Shown one piece after another: positions 8,952 to 17,730 of a stretch of 64,000 nt of DNA. The stretch is from the IMG/VR virus record IMGVR_UViG_3300035034_002581. One strand, written 5' to 3'. Both the position numbers and the translations under genes were made by a program. Position 1 is the stretch's first letter; each line of letters opens with the position of its first letter. Below the pieces are notes generated by a model. It had not been told where the DNA came from. It did no database searches and was given only the letters and a program-made list of their open reading frames with translations. The stretch is from a virus.

Positions 8952-10451
8952 TTACTTGTTGTTTTTGATGCCTGCAAGTGTTGCCCATCGTTCAGTCTGG
9001 TTAGAACCTTCAGATAGTGTACGTGAGCTTCCGCCGCCCCTAGAGGCTCTTGACGAGGAACTACGACGTCCACCTTCATTCAAAGAACTAGCAGTCTTAC
9101 GACGCTTGCCACTTGCTGATTCGTTAACAGTCTTGTATATCAATCTAACTTCTCTCAAAGTCTTAGCCTTATCAACCGTTTCCACGATACTCTTGAGAGA
9201 TCTCTTGGAAATTGATTCATTCTGCATAAGCTTATTCACGTAGAGTAACTTAGAGTTGAACAGATTCATCTGTTCAAGGTGCTCACGGAGTTTAGAAGTT
9301 ACCTTCTTCAATCCGGATACCTGGTTGCGAAGAACTCGATTCTGGCGGTTCTCTTTCTTAAGCTTCTTCTTGAGCGTGTCATGAACGTTAAGGTTGCTAT
9401 CATCGCTATCGACGAAAGCCTCACGATCCTTCTTTGCTCCTCCGAAATCTGTAACGCCGTCACCCTCATCGAGTGAAGACCTCATGCGAGCAAGCTCTCT
9501 CTTGAGCATTGCTTCGTCAATTTCAACGACTTCATCGTCGTCTTCTTCATCATCTTCCATGTCGTCGTCATCTTCATCGTCCATGTCCATGTCGTCCATG
9601 TCCATTTCTTCATCGTCCATGTCATCGTCGACGGAACCCTGTAGGACGTCAAGAAGCTGCTGTGCAAGATCTTCAGGGATCTCAACGTCGCCACCTTCCT
9701 CATCGTCTACATCCATGTCCATGTCCATGTCGTCTTCAACGTCCATATCGTCGTCTTCAACTTCATCATCCATGTCCATGTCCATGTCGTCGTCTTCAAT
9801 GTCACTTTCATTTAGACCAAGTTCAGCGAGGTCGACATTAAATACCTCGTTGCTTTCTTTTAGTTTCTGCTTACGCGAAGCCATTTCAACAATCTCCTTG
9901 CGAACTTTTTGAATTTCAGAACTCATTGCAGCATGATTGCCGTATGAGCCCTCTCGAACTATACCTATTACATCGTTTTCCAAAGTTTTTGATTCGCTAA
10001 GCATTTTGGTTACTAAACGATCAAGTATTTGCTTACCGTTGCCGCCTCTAGAAGCATTTGATTCTGCGAGCTCCTTAGCGAGTTGCAGCTTAATAGTGAC
10101 GCGGTCATACTTTTCTTTAATGCCTTCTAGAGTCTCAGCCTCTTTAACGGCGTCTCGACCTTCAAGTAAAGATGCTAGAATTTTTGCACCCTCTTCATTT
10201 AGAAGAATATCTTTTTTGCTCTTAGAACCTTCTGAGAGATTTTCTGTGTTATCTCCCAGCAATTCATCAGCAACTTCGGTAAAAACATCAGAACTAGCAT
10301 CTGTGTCTTCTCCAAGTAGTTGTTTTTCTATCATCTCGCGTATACGAGGTGTGATTGCTTCGACAAGTGCATTTTTTGCATTGTCTTCTGCGATGGATCG
10401 AAGCTTTTTAGCATCGAGAAGTGCATCGTTAAAAATTGATGTATCAGACAT
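8952..10451 (-). CDS. Prohead scaffolding core protein (gp22-like), extremely acidic
   Basis: A 499-aa ORF directly upstream of the MCP gene. It has a long D/E/M-rich tract (DDDMDMDMDDEVEDDDMDVEDDMDMDMDVDDEE...) and coiled-coil flanks, as in T4 gp22. Confidence 0.65.
   Translation of the reverse strand: MSDTSIFNDALLDAKKLRSIAEDNAKNALVEAITPRIREMIEKQLLGEDTDASSDVFTEVADELLGDNTENLSEGSKSKKDILLNEEGAKILASLLEGRDAVKEAETLEGIKEKYDRVTIKLQLAKELAESNASRGGNGKQILDRLVTKMLSESKTLENDVIGIVREGSYGNHAAMSSEIQKVRKEIVEMASRKQKLKESNEVFNVDLAELGLNESDIEDDDMDMDMDDEVEDDDMDVEDDMDMDMDVDDEEGGDVEIPEDLAQQLLDVLQGSVDDDMDDEEMDMDDMDMDDEDDDDMEDDEEDDDEVVEIDEAMLKRELARMRSSLDEGDGVTDFGGAKKDREAFVDSDDSNLNVHDTLKKKLKKENRQNRVLRNQVSGLKKVTSKLREHLEQMNLFNSKLLYVNKLMQNESISKRSLKSIVETVDKAKTLREVRLIYKTVNESASGKRRKTASSLNEGGRRSSSSRASRGGGSSRTLSEGSNQTERWATLAGIKNNK
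9536..9800. repeat. Low-complexity tandem codon repeat (gacatg/gacgac units) encoding DMD/DDE tracts of the scaffold protein
   Basis: catgtccatgtccatgtcgtc-type units recur twice within about 260 nt. Confidence 0.6.
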
Positions 10452-10516
10452 TGTTGTGTTTGCCCCTGTGACTACTAACGTACATATTCGCTCAGACTGT
10501 AAGTTGACAAAATCGA

Positions 10517-10738
10517 CTACCTTCGCTTGCTCTTCTTTTCTTCTCTTGCTCTTCTTCTTTCTGATCTGGCAATCTTATCTCTTCTCTTTTGGGAGTTAGA
10601 TTTAAAAAATCTGCCGTCTTTGTACTCTTCGACAATTCTTTCTTTCTTGCAAAGCTTTAAAAAACGACGAATCATCTTCTCTGCTGTGTTGTATTTTCTG
10701 TCATACTTGACAGTGACATGTGAAGGTTTCTTTTTCAT
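10517..10738 (-). CDS. rpsU: Ribosomal protein bS21 homologue (phage-encoded)
   Basis: A 73-aa, highly basic ORF. IRRFLKLCKKERIVEEYKDGRFFKSNSQKRRDKIA aligns with E. coli S21 [36 protein letters not shown], and a basic R/K tail follows. Phage-borne S21 genes are known from marine myoviruses. Confidence 0.6.
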   Translation of the reverse strand: MKKKPSHVTVKYDRKYNTAEKMIRRFLKLCKKERIVEEYKDGRFFKSNSQKRRDKIARSERRRAREEKKSKRR

Positions 10739-11340
10739 TTTGATTCCGTGGAGATTCTTCTAATAAGCTGTTTGAACTCTTTTACAAGGCGATCATGCGT
10801 TTTTGAAGCCTTATCGAGTGCCTTCTCATCATCTGTTAAAAAATCGTCCAAATGGTAAGCGTTATCCATGTCTTCATCATGCTTTAGCGGAGGAGGTCGT
10901 GTTGACCAACCTTTTTTAGAACCGACGCCGCCTTTCATTCCAGGGCGTGTCTTATAGACGGACGGAGATGTTCCACCCGCTGTAGCTGTTCTGTTTTTGT
11001 ACATATTAGGGAATGGAACCATTCCCGTTGCTTCACCTAATCCACGAGCTGAAGAGTGTGCAAACGAGCTTTTGTCAGTTCGCTTCTGATTTCTTCCGCC
11101 TGACTTAGATCCGCCGTAAAAGTGATTTGACATCTTGTTGACAAACCGATCAGCAATAGCAGGTCCATCAAGCACGCCTTCTTCATCTTCGTCAAACTCT
11201 TCAACTTCTTCATCATATGGAAAAGAGGTGTTTTTTAGCCAGGTCGTTCCGGCGCCTTTCGGCTTTCCTATTCTTCCATAGCCACCGCCCTGATTTGCAT
11301 CATGGCCGGCAGCTGCGAATTCGTTGAGTTTATTTTTCAT
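10735..11340 (-). CDS. Hypothetical Gly-rich head or core protein
   Basis: A 201-aa ORF in the head module, with an acidic N-terminal half and a G/K/S-rich C-terminal half. Confidence 0.4.
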   Translation of the reverse strand: MKNKLNEFAAAGHDANQGGGYGRIGKPKGAGTTWLKNTSFPYDEEVEEFDEDEEGVLDGPAIADRFVNKMSNHFYGGSKSGGRNQKRTDKSSFAHSSARGLGEATGMVPFPNMYKNRTATAGGTSPSVYKTRPGMKGGVGSKKGWSTRPPPLKHDEDMDNAYHLDDFLTDDEKALDKASKTHDRLVKEFKQLIRRISTESK

Positions 11341-11353
11341 TAGCTGCTACTTC

Positions 11354-11824
11354 TTATGATGAAGAACCAAAGACGTAATCACCAATTGTCTGCTTAGCAA
11401 TAGCTACCGTTGTTTTATCAGGTGACGCTAATCCACCTTCGCCAGAACCATACTCAGTTCCTGCGGGTGATGGAAATTCACTCGGCGGCTCTGGGATGTC
11501 TGTCGGGTTCATGCTTCCAGGACCAGGCGAACCTGGTGCAGGTGCATAAGGAGAACCAGGAAGCCCGCCACCACCGATCTTAACGTCACCCATAACAGGA
11601 GCGTCAGCGTAGTCTCTATTGAATACGCCGAAGGTGTGACCGCCGTCGTTGACTTCAGTACCTACAAGCAGTTCATTACCGAGCTCTTCAACAACTGCTC
11701 TAGTAAGCTCACCCGAGTGAATCGGAGAGTTAGGGAACATTGATTGAAGTGTCGAAGTATCAGACTTCCCGAGACCGCGCTCAGAAATTACTGCATCGAC
11801 TGTTTTTTGATCGTGTGTAGGCAT
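11354..11824 (-). CDS. Hypothetical head-module protein (P/G-rich)
   Basis: A 156-aa ORF containing a PGSPYAPAPGSPGPG tract. Confidence 0.4.
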   Translation of the reverse strand: MPTHDQKTVDAVISERGLGKSDTSTLQSMFPNSPIHSGELTRAVVEELGNELLVGTEVNDGGHTFGVFNRDYADAPVMGDVKIGGGGLPGSPYAPAPGSPGPGSMNPTDIPEPPSEFPSPAGTEYGSGEGGLASPDKTTVAIAKQTIGDYVFGSSS

Positions 11825-11843
11825 TGATTAGTTTTCCTTTAAA

Positions 11844-12098
11844 TTAGCTTTTAAGTCTAAGACGACGCTTGATCTTATTGCTCTGCTCTTGAATCTGCTT
11901 AAGCTCGATCTTCTTCTGCGCTTCTTTAATCTTAAGTGCAGCGAGGTGATCGATATCTTTTTCAAGTGTATCTGCATAGCCGTCAGCTTCTACTTTCTTT
12001 GTCTTCTTAGCTTCTTTCTCAAGATCGCAATTGTATCTAGCTTTCTCTTCTAAAACAAGACTGTGCAGTCTCTTTGCTGTCAACTTCTTGATTCTCAT
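11844..12098 (-). CDS. Hypothetical small basic coiled-coil protein
   Basis: An 84-aa K/E-rich ORF. Confidence 0.35.
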   Translation of the reverse strand: MRIKKLTAKRLHSLVLEEKARYNCDLEKEAKKTKKVEADGYADTLEKDIDHLAALKIKEAQKKIELKQIQEQSNKIKRRLRLKS

Positions 12099-12173
12099 TG
12101 TAAAACTCCAATTTGGCGGGGGTTCGCACTATTACATATCGACTTACGAGTAGTTTTAACTACGCTTTTAAAC

Positions 12174-12596
12174 TTACTGTCCATCAAAAGCTAAATGATT
12201 CCAACGATCTGCGTTGTCGTCAATCAAGCTATCAACAGCACTTTGAGAAACTGTAGCATCGCCTGATATTAAATCTTGGGGCGCAGCATTGCCTGGCGTT
12301 TCACCGGCAATCTGTTCTTGAAGTGTAGTTCTAGCTGTGTCTGCGAGAATTGAACTTAAAACAGAGTCGTTAGTTAATACACCAACTCTCTCTTTAATTG
12401 TGTTGTCAAAGTTTCTGTTCTTGACACTTCTTGTTTCTTCCTGTGTTACACTTCTGCTTTTTCTTCTAATCTTTGGTCTTGGTTTTGTCTGTAAAGACTC
12501 TACAAGCGAAGCGTCTTGTCCCAAGCCCTCTGTCATTATTTCTACTAAGCATTCTTTCACAATCGACTTGATCATGTTTCTAGTTACTTTTGCCAA
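12174..12596 (-). CDS. Hypothetical head-module protein
   Basis: A 140-aa ORF. Confidence 0.4.
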   Translation of the reverse strand: MAKVTRNMIKSIVKECLVEIMTEGLGQDASLVESLQTKPRPKIRRKSRSVTQEETRSVKNRNFDNTIKERVGVLTNDSVLSSILADTARTTLQEQIAGETPGNAAPQDLISGDATVSQSAVDSLIDDNADRWNHLAFDGQ

Positions 12597-12608
12597 CTCA
12601 GCCTCCTA

Positions 12609-13034
12609 TTATCCAACACCTTCAAAACCGTTGGATCCTGTTATTTCGTCTGCGCCTAATAGAGCTGACATATCAATTCTTGTTAAGCCAGCTAAAACGT
12701 TAAAATCTGACGCAAGTGTGCCTTTGACAAATACCTTTCTAACTCTAAGCTCTCCTGTAAAGCTTTCGCCGACCGATAGGTCAAAAAAGTTCCCTGAATC
12801 AAATCCATTTTCTGTGAACGCAAATGCTAAAGAACCAGAATTACACTTGATCGTAACGTCTTTTGTCACTTTAGGAAAATTAATTGCTTCTATCGCATCA
12901 GCCTCAACTGCAGAAGAAGTTACCCAAGGAACACCTGACAACAGATATTCATTCGCGCTATTGATCCAAAGCCTTGGATTGTCTAATGCCATTTTATTCT
13001 TCCCATCCGAGTATGTCGTTAAAGATTCTGTCAA
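12609..13034 (-). CDS. Hypothetical head-module protein
   Basis: A 141-aa ORF. Confidence 0.4.
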   Translation of the reverse strand: MTESLTTYSDGKNKMALDNPRLWINSANEYLLSGVPWVTSSAVEADAIEAINFPKVTKDVTIKCNSGSLAFAFTENGFDSGNFFDLSVGESFTGELRVRKVFVKGTLASDFNVLAGLTRIDMSALLGADEITGSNGFEGVG

Positions 13035-13602
13035 CCCTATCAGACGTCGTGAAGTGCTTCTTTAGATCTGCTGATCTGACTTCTTTTCCTTCGCGCATCA
13101 TAAATGCTCCAGGTGTAGAAGGCTCACTAACAAAATCCCAGCATATCAACTGGAAGTCTTCTTGTACGATTTGTCTATCGCCTTCGCTTCTTGTACTGCC
13201 AACGCCCCTGGAGGAAATTCCTAACGTAACGTTGGATTCCACAAGGCTTTGAAGTATTTTCCCTGACGGTGTATCTAGGAGCTCAACTTCACCTAAAACT
13301 ACATCGCCCTCCATCCAGGCACGACGAATAATATGTGATGAGTTTTTGAGCTCGACAACAGAAGAATCAGGGTGATCACATTCGCCTAGTGCTCTGCGCT
13401 CTTTGATAAACTTCTGGTAGTTTCTAATTTCTCTCTCTAAAATAGCTCTCGGATAGATTCTTCCGTTTTGATTGAGAGTATCTGCCTTCTGGAGGATTCC
13501 TTTGAGGATGATCTTGCCATTGTTTTCTTCCCTTGATTCTCTGATCATTTCATCTGAGTAGTTAAAGGGTGTCCATGATGTGAGTAGTACGCCAGTGCTC
13601 AT
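12994..13602 (-). CDS. Prohead core protease (gp21 / peptidase U9 family)
   Basis: A 202-aa ORF downstream of the portal gene. It contains NGRIYPRAILEREI...LGECDHPDSS...GISSRGVGS, typical of T4 gp21-type prohead proteases. Confidence 0.65.
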   Translation of the reverse strand: MSTGVLLTSWTPFNYSDEMIRESREENNGKIILKGILQKADTLNQNGRIYPRAILEREIRNYQKFIKERRALGECDHPDSSVVELKNSSHIIRRAWMEGDVVLGEVELLDTPSGKILQSLVESNVTLGISSRGVGSTRSEGDRQIVQEDFQLICWDFVSEPSTPGAFMMREGKEVRSADLKKHFTTSDRVDRIFNDILGWEE

Positions 13603-14492
13603 TACAAGCCCTCCTCTGTAATTGTACGATTGAGATGTGAAATCGTCAAGAACCTTGTGATTGTACTGTCGTCAATCTGGTCTGTTGATACACTCTTTAC
13701 GTCGTTAATAACTCTGTCTGCTTTTGCATTAAGAACTGCATTGTTTTCTCGAATCAAGTAGTCGCCAAGCGTCGTTAATGTATCTGTCCTTACGGATTCT
13801 AGCATTTCTCTAAGCTCAGACTTGTTTTCATTTTCACTTGATAGAACGTATGCACGAAGAATCTTTTTCTGATCTTCGTTAAGGGACGATTGATATTTCT
13901 TGTCAATCTTCTCAGACATGATTCGAATGACCAATTTGTCAGCGTCGGGATTTGTCATGTTTTCAATGTTAGGCTGTTGTACTTTTTCTTTGATTAGCCA
14001 TGTTCTAACCTTTTCTTCAAATTCAGCAATTCTAGTAAAGTTGCGACTTTCGTTTAGAGATCTCCAGTCATTTAAAAGAATTTGAATTGTCGCATACATT
14101 CTGTATTCTGGCAAATGCCTTTTATAGAATGTCTCTCGGATCAGATTGTGATTGACACTATGAATCAAGCTTGTCTTTTCAGATGATAGTTTCTTTTGAT
14201 CTATTGTCTGTGCGTATTCTCTAGCCTCTGAGAGGATTGTATTAGCTATTGACGGTGACGATGCTGTTGTCTTTACTAATGCATTGAATAGACGAAACTC
14301 CTTGTATAATTCAGAGCTTTTCTTAAAATGACGCTTGACAATTGACATTGCAACATCTGCTTCTTGCTGCTTATTTTCTACAATGCAGCTCGAGACATGC
14401 CTAAGAAGAAGCTCATAAATGATGCCAACATTTCTTTTTTTATTGTGCTTAATCATTAGTGTCTTCACTCTCCGTGTTATTACCCTCAGCAT
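13602..14492 (-). CDS. Hypothetical head assembly protein
   Basis: A 296-aa ORF between the portal and protease genes. No motif. Confidence 0.4.
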   Translation of the reverse strand: MLRVITRRVKTLMIKHNKKRNVGIIYELLLRHVSSCIVENKQQEADVAMSIVKRHFKKSSELYKEFRLFNALVKTTASSPSIANTILSEAREYAQTIDQKKLSSEKTSLIHSVNHNLIRETFYKRHLPEYRMYATIQILLNDWRSLNESRNFTRIAEFEEKVRTWLIKEKVQQPNIENMTNPDADKLVIRIMSEKIDKKYQSSLNEDQKKILRAYVLSSENENKSELREMLESVRTDTLTTLGDYLIRENNAVLNAKADRVINDVKSVSTDQIDDSTITRFLTISHLNRTITEEGL

Positions 14493-17400
14493 CAGATTCA
14501 GTAATAATACTTCGGGGCGCCTTCTTACTTATCTCTTTCTTAAGTGATTTTAACGTTGACTTTAGAGATAGTGATATTCTAGCTTGTTGTTTGACACTTC
14601 TATTGAGGAATGCGTCAAAAGGATCTTCTCTGCCGACAATCTCTTTCATCGGATCTATTTGATTAAGGCGATGTGTATCATAAGGATCTGTCAAAGAATC
14701 GCCAGGCCTCTCGTGATTTACCATACGCTTAAAATCAGGGATTCCTGTCTTTTCTGGGCCATGAGTCTTTCTTCTCTTTCTATTTTTAAGAACTTTGTCC
14801 AATTGAGCTTGTGCTTTAATTGGTGCATCGCCATCATTAATTGAGTAAGTAAACTCTTCATCAGTGTCATCGTCGTCTTCGTCTATTAGAGTAAGACCCT
14901 TTATGGTTTGTGATGCAAAGAGATCATCATCAAGATCTCCATCATCTTCATCTCCGCCAGCGTCTTCTCCATCGGCAGGTTCTTCACCTTCCTCGCCTGG
15001 CTCTCCTTCGCCTTCTTCTCCAAAATCTTCGCCGCCGCCGCCTAGGCCTCCAAATCCTCCTCCACCACCGCCAGAGAAATCGTCGGATTCACCGCTAGTT
15101 TCTTGCGAGATACCTTCAATCTTAAGATCGGATGTCTTATCGTCAACGCGACCCTTTTCGATACGATCGATTTCATCATCTGTGAGGTTCATGATATTCT
15201 TTCGAATCCAATATCTGTCAACAACACCCTCAGGAGCGGATCCTGCTATTTCAAGTCGTGTTCTGTAGATTTCAAGCTTCTGTTGCTGCGCAACAGTTGA
15301 TGGATTGCATAGATTAAGCTCAAAGTCTAGAAGATCTTCACCTTCGTATCCATTTGAGTACAAGTGTATAATCGCAAGTTTATTAAGCTCAGAGATGACA
15401 GTTCTTTGTATTCTGTTGATTGTTCTTGAGAATCGAATATCTTCTTGGCTTAGTGTTGCCTTTGATCCGATAGCTTCATCGTATCCCAAGTAAGCCTTAG
15501 GAATCTTTAGCGCAGAAAATAGCTTCTTCTGGATGTACTCAACATCTTCAATTGCAGTTACGTTTGTGCCACCTGCTAGAGTCTCTATTTTTGATCCTCC
15601 TTCTCCACCTCTAGTTGGAATGAAGTAATCCTCATCGACTGAATTCTTTACAAAGATACCAGACGGTAGAGTCGTTCTTCCCGATGATGGTGTTAAGTTT
15701 TTGTCCTGACGAACTAATCCTTCTAGTGAATTAAGAGTTGATTCCTTGGAACCTTCTTGAATAGTCTGCATTGCAAAGTTGTGTCTGTCGTCTTGACCGT
15801 CCGGACCCACTACGGTCATGCAATAGACATCTTCGTTTTTGTAGACTTCTTCAACTCTAGACACACTGTGATTCTTGTACTCAATCTCTCCTTCTGACAT
15901 AAGTGCTCTGAGCTCTGTCCAATTATTGCAAACACCATTTCGCTTGAATGCATTTATAATTGCAGCAGAGCTAAAAAGATCAGGATCTCGTCTATTTTCA
16001 CTGTTAGCAACAGCTAGATCTTCAATTAGCGTTTTGTTGTTTCTAATGGCTTCCGTGAGATTTTCTCTTGTTAGCCTTGGGTTTGTTTGAGCCTTATGAA
16101 TAGAAAACTCTACGATTGATGCAGGTATGTTCCATGACATGTTATTGCATCTATTACGACTGTGTATTTTATCATTCCAGTAGCTTGACTGAACCTTACT
16201 TCTGATTTCGTTATGTTGCTTGTGAAGTAGACTTCCATTGTACATTTTAGCCATGTTTTGGCCCTTGTTGTACTTCTTGTTATTCATTGAAACAAGATCG
16301 CGATGTGCCTGAGTTCTGTTTGCAGATGCATGATGTGCCTTGTGCTCGAACCATGTCATCGCCTGCAGATTTTCAGGTCTATTGTCCCACTTCTTATGAT
16401 TTACGTGATGGATCGTTTTGTTTTTAAGCTTTCTGTCGTGATCAATACACGCAGTTCTTGAAATTGCCTTGTGGGTATAAATAAACCTGCTTGTATGTGG
16501 ATCGTAGACCTGTTCGTAATCATCAACATAATCACCGTCAGATTTGTTACTTAGTCTTCTGTATAGCGGCATTAGTCGATCGCCCGCCGTAAGTTTATCA
16601 GCTCGCTTATTAGAACCATCCCTAAGTACAAACGGGTGCTCTGGTGCTGTCATGGCCCATGTATCATCATCAAGCCATACTTTAATTAACTTCTCTGCAG
16701 TATAGTTCTTACCACACCAAACTACTTTTCCTGGAACGATCCTCTGTGTATCGTCTTGAATTGAGTAAACCCAGTTTTCTTTACCTTCATCAAACTCTTT
16801 TGCAAGATCTTTGATAGTAATTGTTCTACCATCAAGTAGAGGAATTGGTGTCTTCGACCAGACAGGTAATGGGTTGTATCGTAAGTCGACTCTTCCTGTT
16901 TGACTGTCGACAACTTGGTTACTTCTTAGTATTGTCTTAGCTTGCTCCATGTAGTTAGGAACATCTTCTGGTGGCACATTTCCGACGTCAACGTAGAAGA
17001 CTCTTCGCTCTGGAGATCTAACAACTCTATAGACTAGCATAGCGTCTTCAATGAGTATTAGTTGTCGCCAAATTCTTCTTGCTGACTCTAAGACTGATGT
17101 ACCGTATGGCAAGAATGCATCATTACCCAGAAGCCTAAAGTGTGTGATCTGCCAGTTTTCGAGAATAGTGTTTCCGTTTGTGATCCACCTAAACCTTACA
17201 GCCATCGGATCTTGTGGATCGTACCCTTCTTCTCTTTCTATTTCGTTAACAGGAATTGGGAATACGTTAAGCACCCCATATTCTGGCGACACGTCATTAA
17301 ACAAGAAGAAATCGCCGTGTTTAACCATGTCTCTTGACCAGGGTGTCAAGTTGAATTCAACATTTAGTGTGTCGTAGAATAGCTCTTCGAGCAGTCTCTG

Positions 17401-17730
17401 AATCTGCCTGTTTTCAGAATAGACAGTTAGCACTCTACCTTTGTCATCGTTAGCAACAGTCTCTTCAGAGTAAATGTCGAGTGCACTTGCAATTTCTGGT
17501 GTGTACTCCATCTCTGCATAGTCACTATATCTTGACATTCTATCATAAGTGCCGTAAGCACTCATTGCTGTACTGTAACTTGTGCTCAGAGACTTCTTAA
17601 AAACTTGATTAGCTGACGAGACCGAAGGCTCTTTAAATGCTTTGACTTTTCTCTTAATGACTGGACCGCTTCGAAACAGCGTTGTGAGTCTCTGAAATAG
17701 ATTTTGATTATCTTCTTTGGCCACTTTCAA
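14449..17730 (-). CDS. Portal protein (gp20 family) interrupted by an intein of about 405 aa, with a Gly-rich/acidic C-terminal extension
   Basis: A 1093-aa ORF. LIEDAMLVYRVVRSPERRVFYVDVGNVPPEDVPNYMEQ aligns to T4 gp20 [37 protein letters not shown]. The downstream extein EDYFIPTRGGE...IETLAGGTNVTAIEDVEYIQKKLFSALKIPKAYLG aligns to EDYWLQRRDGK...[36 protein letters not shown], leaving an insertion of about 405 aa. Confidence 0.8.
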   Translation of the reverse strand: MKVAKEDNQNLFQRLTTLFRSGPVIKRKVKAFKEPSVSSANQVFKKSLSTSYSTAMSAYGTYDRMSRYSDYAEMEYTPEIASALDIYSEETVANDDKGRVLTVYSENRQIQRLLEELFYDTLNVEFNLTPWSRDMVKHGDFFLFNDVSPEYGVLNVFPIPVNEIEREEGYDPQDPMAVRFRWITNGNTILENWQITHFRLLGNDAFLPYGTSVLESARRIWRQLILIEDAMLVYRVVRSPERRVFYVDVGNVPPEDVPNYMEQAKTILRSNQVVDSQTGRVDLRYNPLPVWSKTPIPLLDGRTITIKDLAKEFDEGKENWVYSIQDDTQRIVPGKVVWCGKNYTAEKLIKVWLDDDTWAMTAPEHPFVLRDGSNKRADKLTAGDRLMPLYRRLSNKSDGDYVDDYEQVYDPHTSRFIYTHKAISRTACIDHDRKLKNKTIHHVNHKKWDNRPENLQAMTWFEHKAHHASANRTQAHRDLVSMNNKKYNKGQNMAKMYNGSLLHKQHNEIRSKVQSSYWNDKIHSRNRCNNMSWNIPASIVEFSIHKAQTNPRLTRENLTEAIRNNKTLIEDLAVANSENRRDPDLFSSAAIINAFKRNGVCNNWTELRALMSEGEIEYKNHSVSRVEEVYKNEDVYCMTVVGPDGQDDRHNFAMQTIQEGSKESTLNSLEGLVRQDKNLTPSSGRTTLPSGIFVKNSVDEDYFIPTRGGEGGSKIETLAGGTNVTAIEDVEYIQKKLFSALKIPKAYLGYDEAIGSKATLSQEDIRFSRTINRIQRTVISELNKLAIIHLYSNGYEGEDLLDFELNLCNPSTVAQQQKLEIYRTRLEIAGSAPEGVVDRYWIRKNIMNLTDDEIDRIEKGRVDDKTSDLKIEGISQETSGESDDFSGGGGGGFGGLGGGGEDFGEEGEGEPGEEGEEPADGEDAGGDEDDGDLDDDLFASQTIKGLTLIDEDDDDTDEEFTYSINDGDAPIKAQAQLDKVLKNRKRRKTHGPEKTGIPDFKRMVNHERPGDSLTDPYDTHRLNQIDPMKEIVGREDPFDAFLNRSVKQQARISLSLKSTLKSLKKEISKKAPRSIITESDAEGNNTESEDTND
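15643..16857 (-). mobile_element. Intein with an HNH homing endonuclease domain inside the portal gene
   Basis: Hint block A-like SIQDDTQRIV / LLDGRTITIKDL and block B TAPEHPF are present. The HNH motif IHHVNHKKWDNRPENLQAMTWFEHKAHH sits at nt 16330-16413. Block F is DVYCMTVV...RHNF. The C-terminus GIFVKN is followed by Ser+1 (SVDEDYF). The boundaries are accurate only to a few residues. Confidence 0.6.

Noticed and set aside
9536-9800. CRISPR-like array
   Set aside because: The units are 6-15 nt codon repeats inside a CDS, with no spacers and no cas genes (the Cas4-like gene is 47 kb away and isolated).
9394-9912. Plus-strand 172-aa Ser-rich ORF, with 110-aa and 73-aa ORFs nearby
   Set aside because: These are antisense or alternate-frame readings of the scaffold gene's acidic codon repeats. 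They are a low-complexity artefact.
12099-12173. Possible tRNA (GGTTCGCA T-loop-like string) in a 75-nt intergenic gap
   Set aside because: The gap is too short for a tRNA plus flanks. No acceptor or anticodon stem pairing could be drawn. It is more likely a promoter or RBS region.
12337-13065. Plus-strand 242-aa ORF spanning two minus-strand genes
   Set aside because: It overlaps two well-packed minus-strand CDSs, has no RBS, and has no homology signal. The whole window is transcribed from the minus strand.
14864-15268. Plus-strand 134-aa Pro/Ser-rich ORF
   Set aside because: It is antisense to the Gly/Glu-rich portal C-terminal tract. Compositional bias is expected to open such frames.
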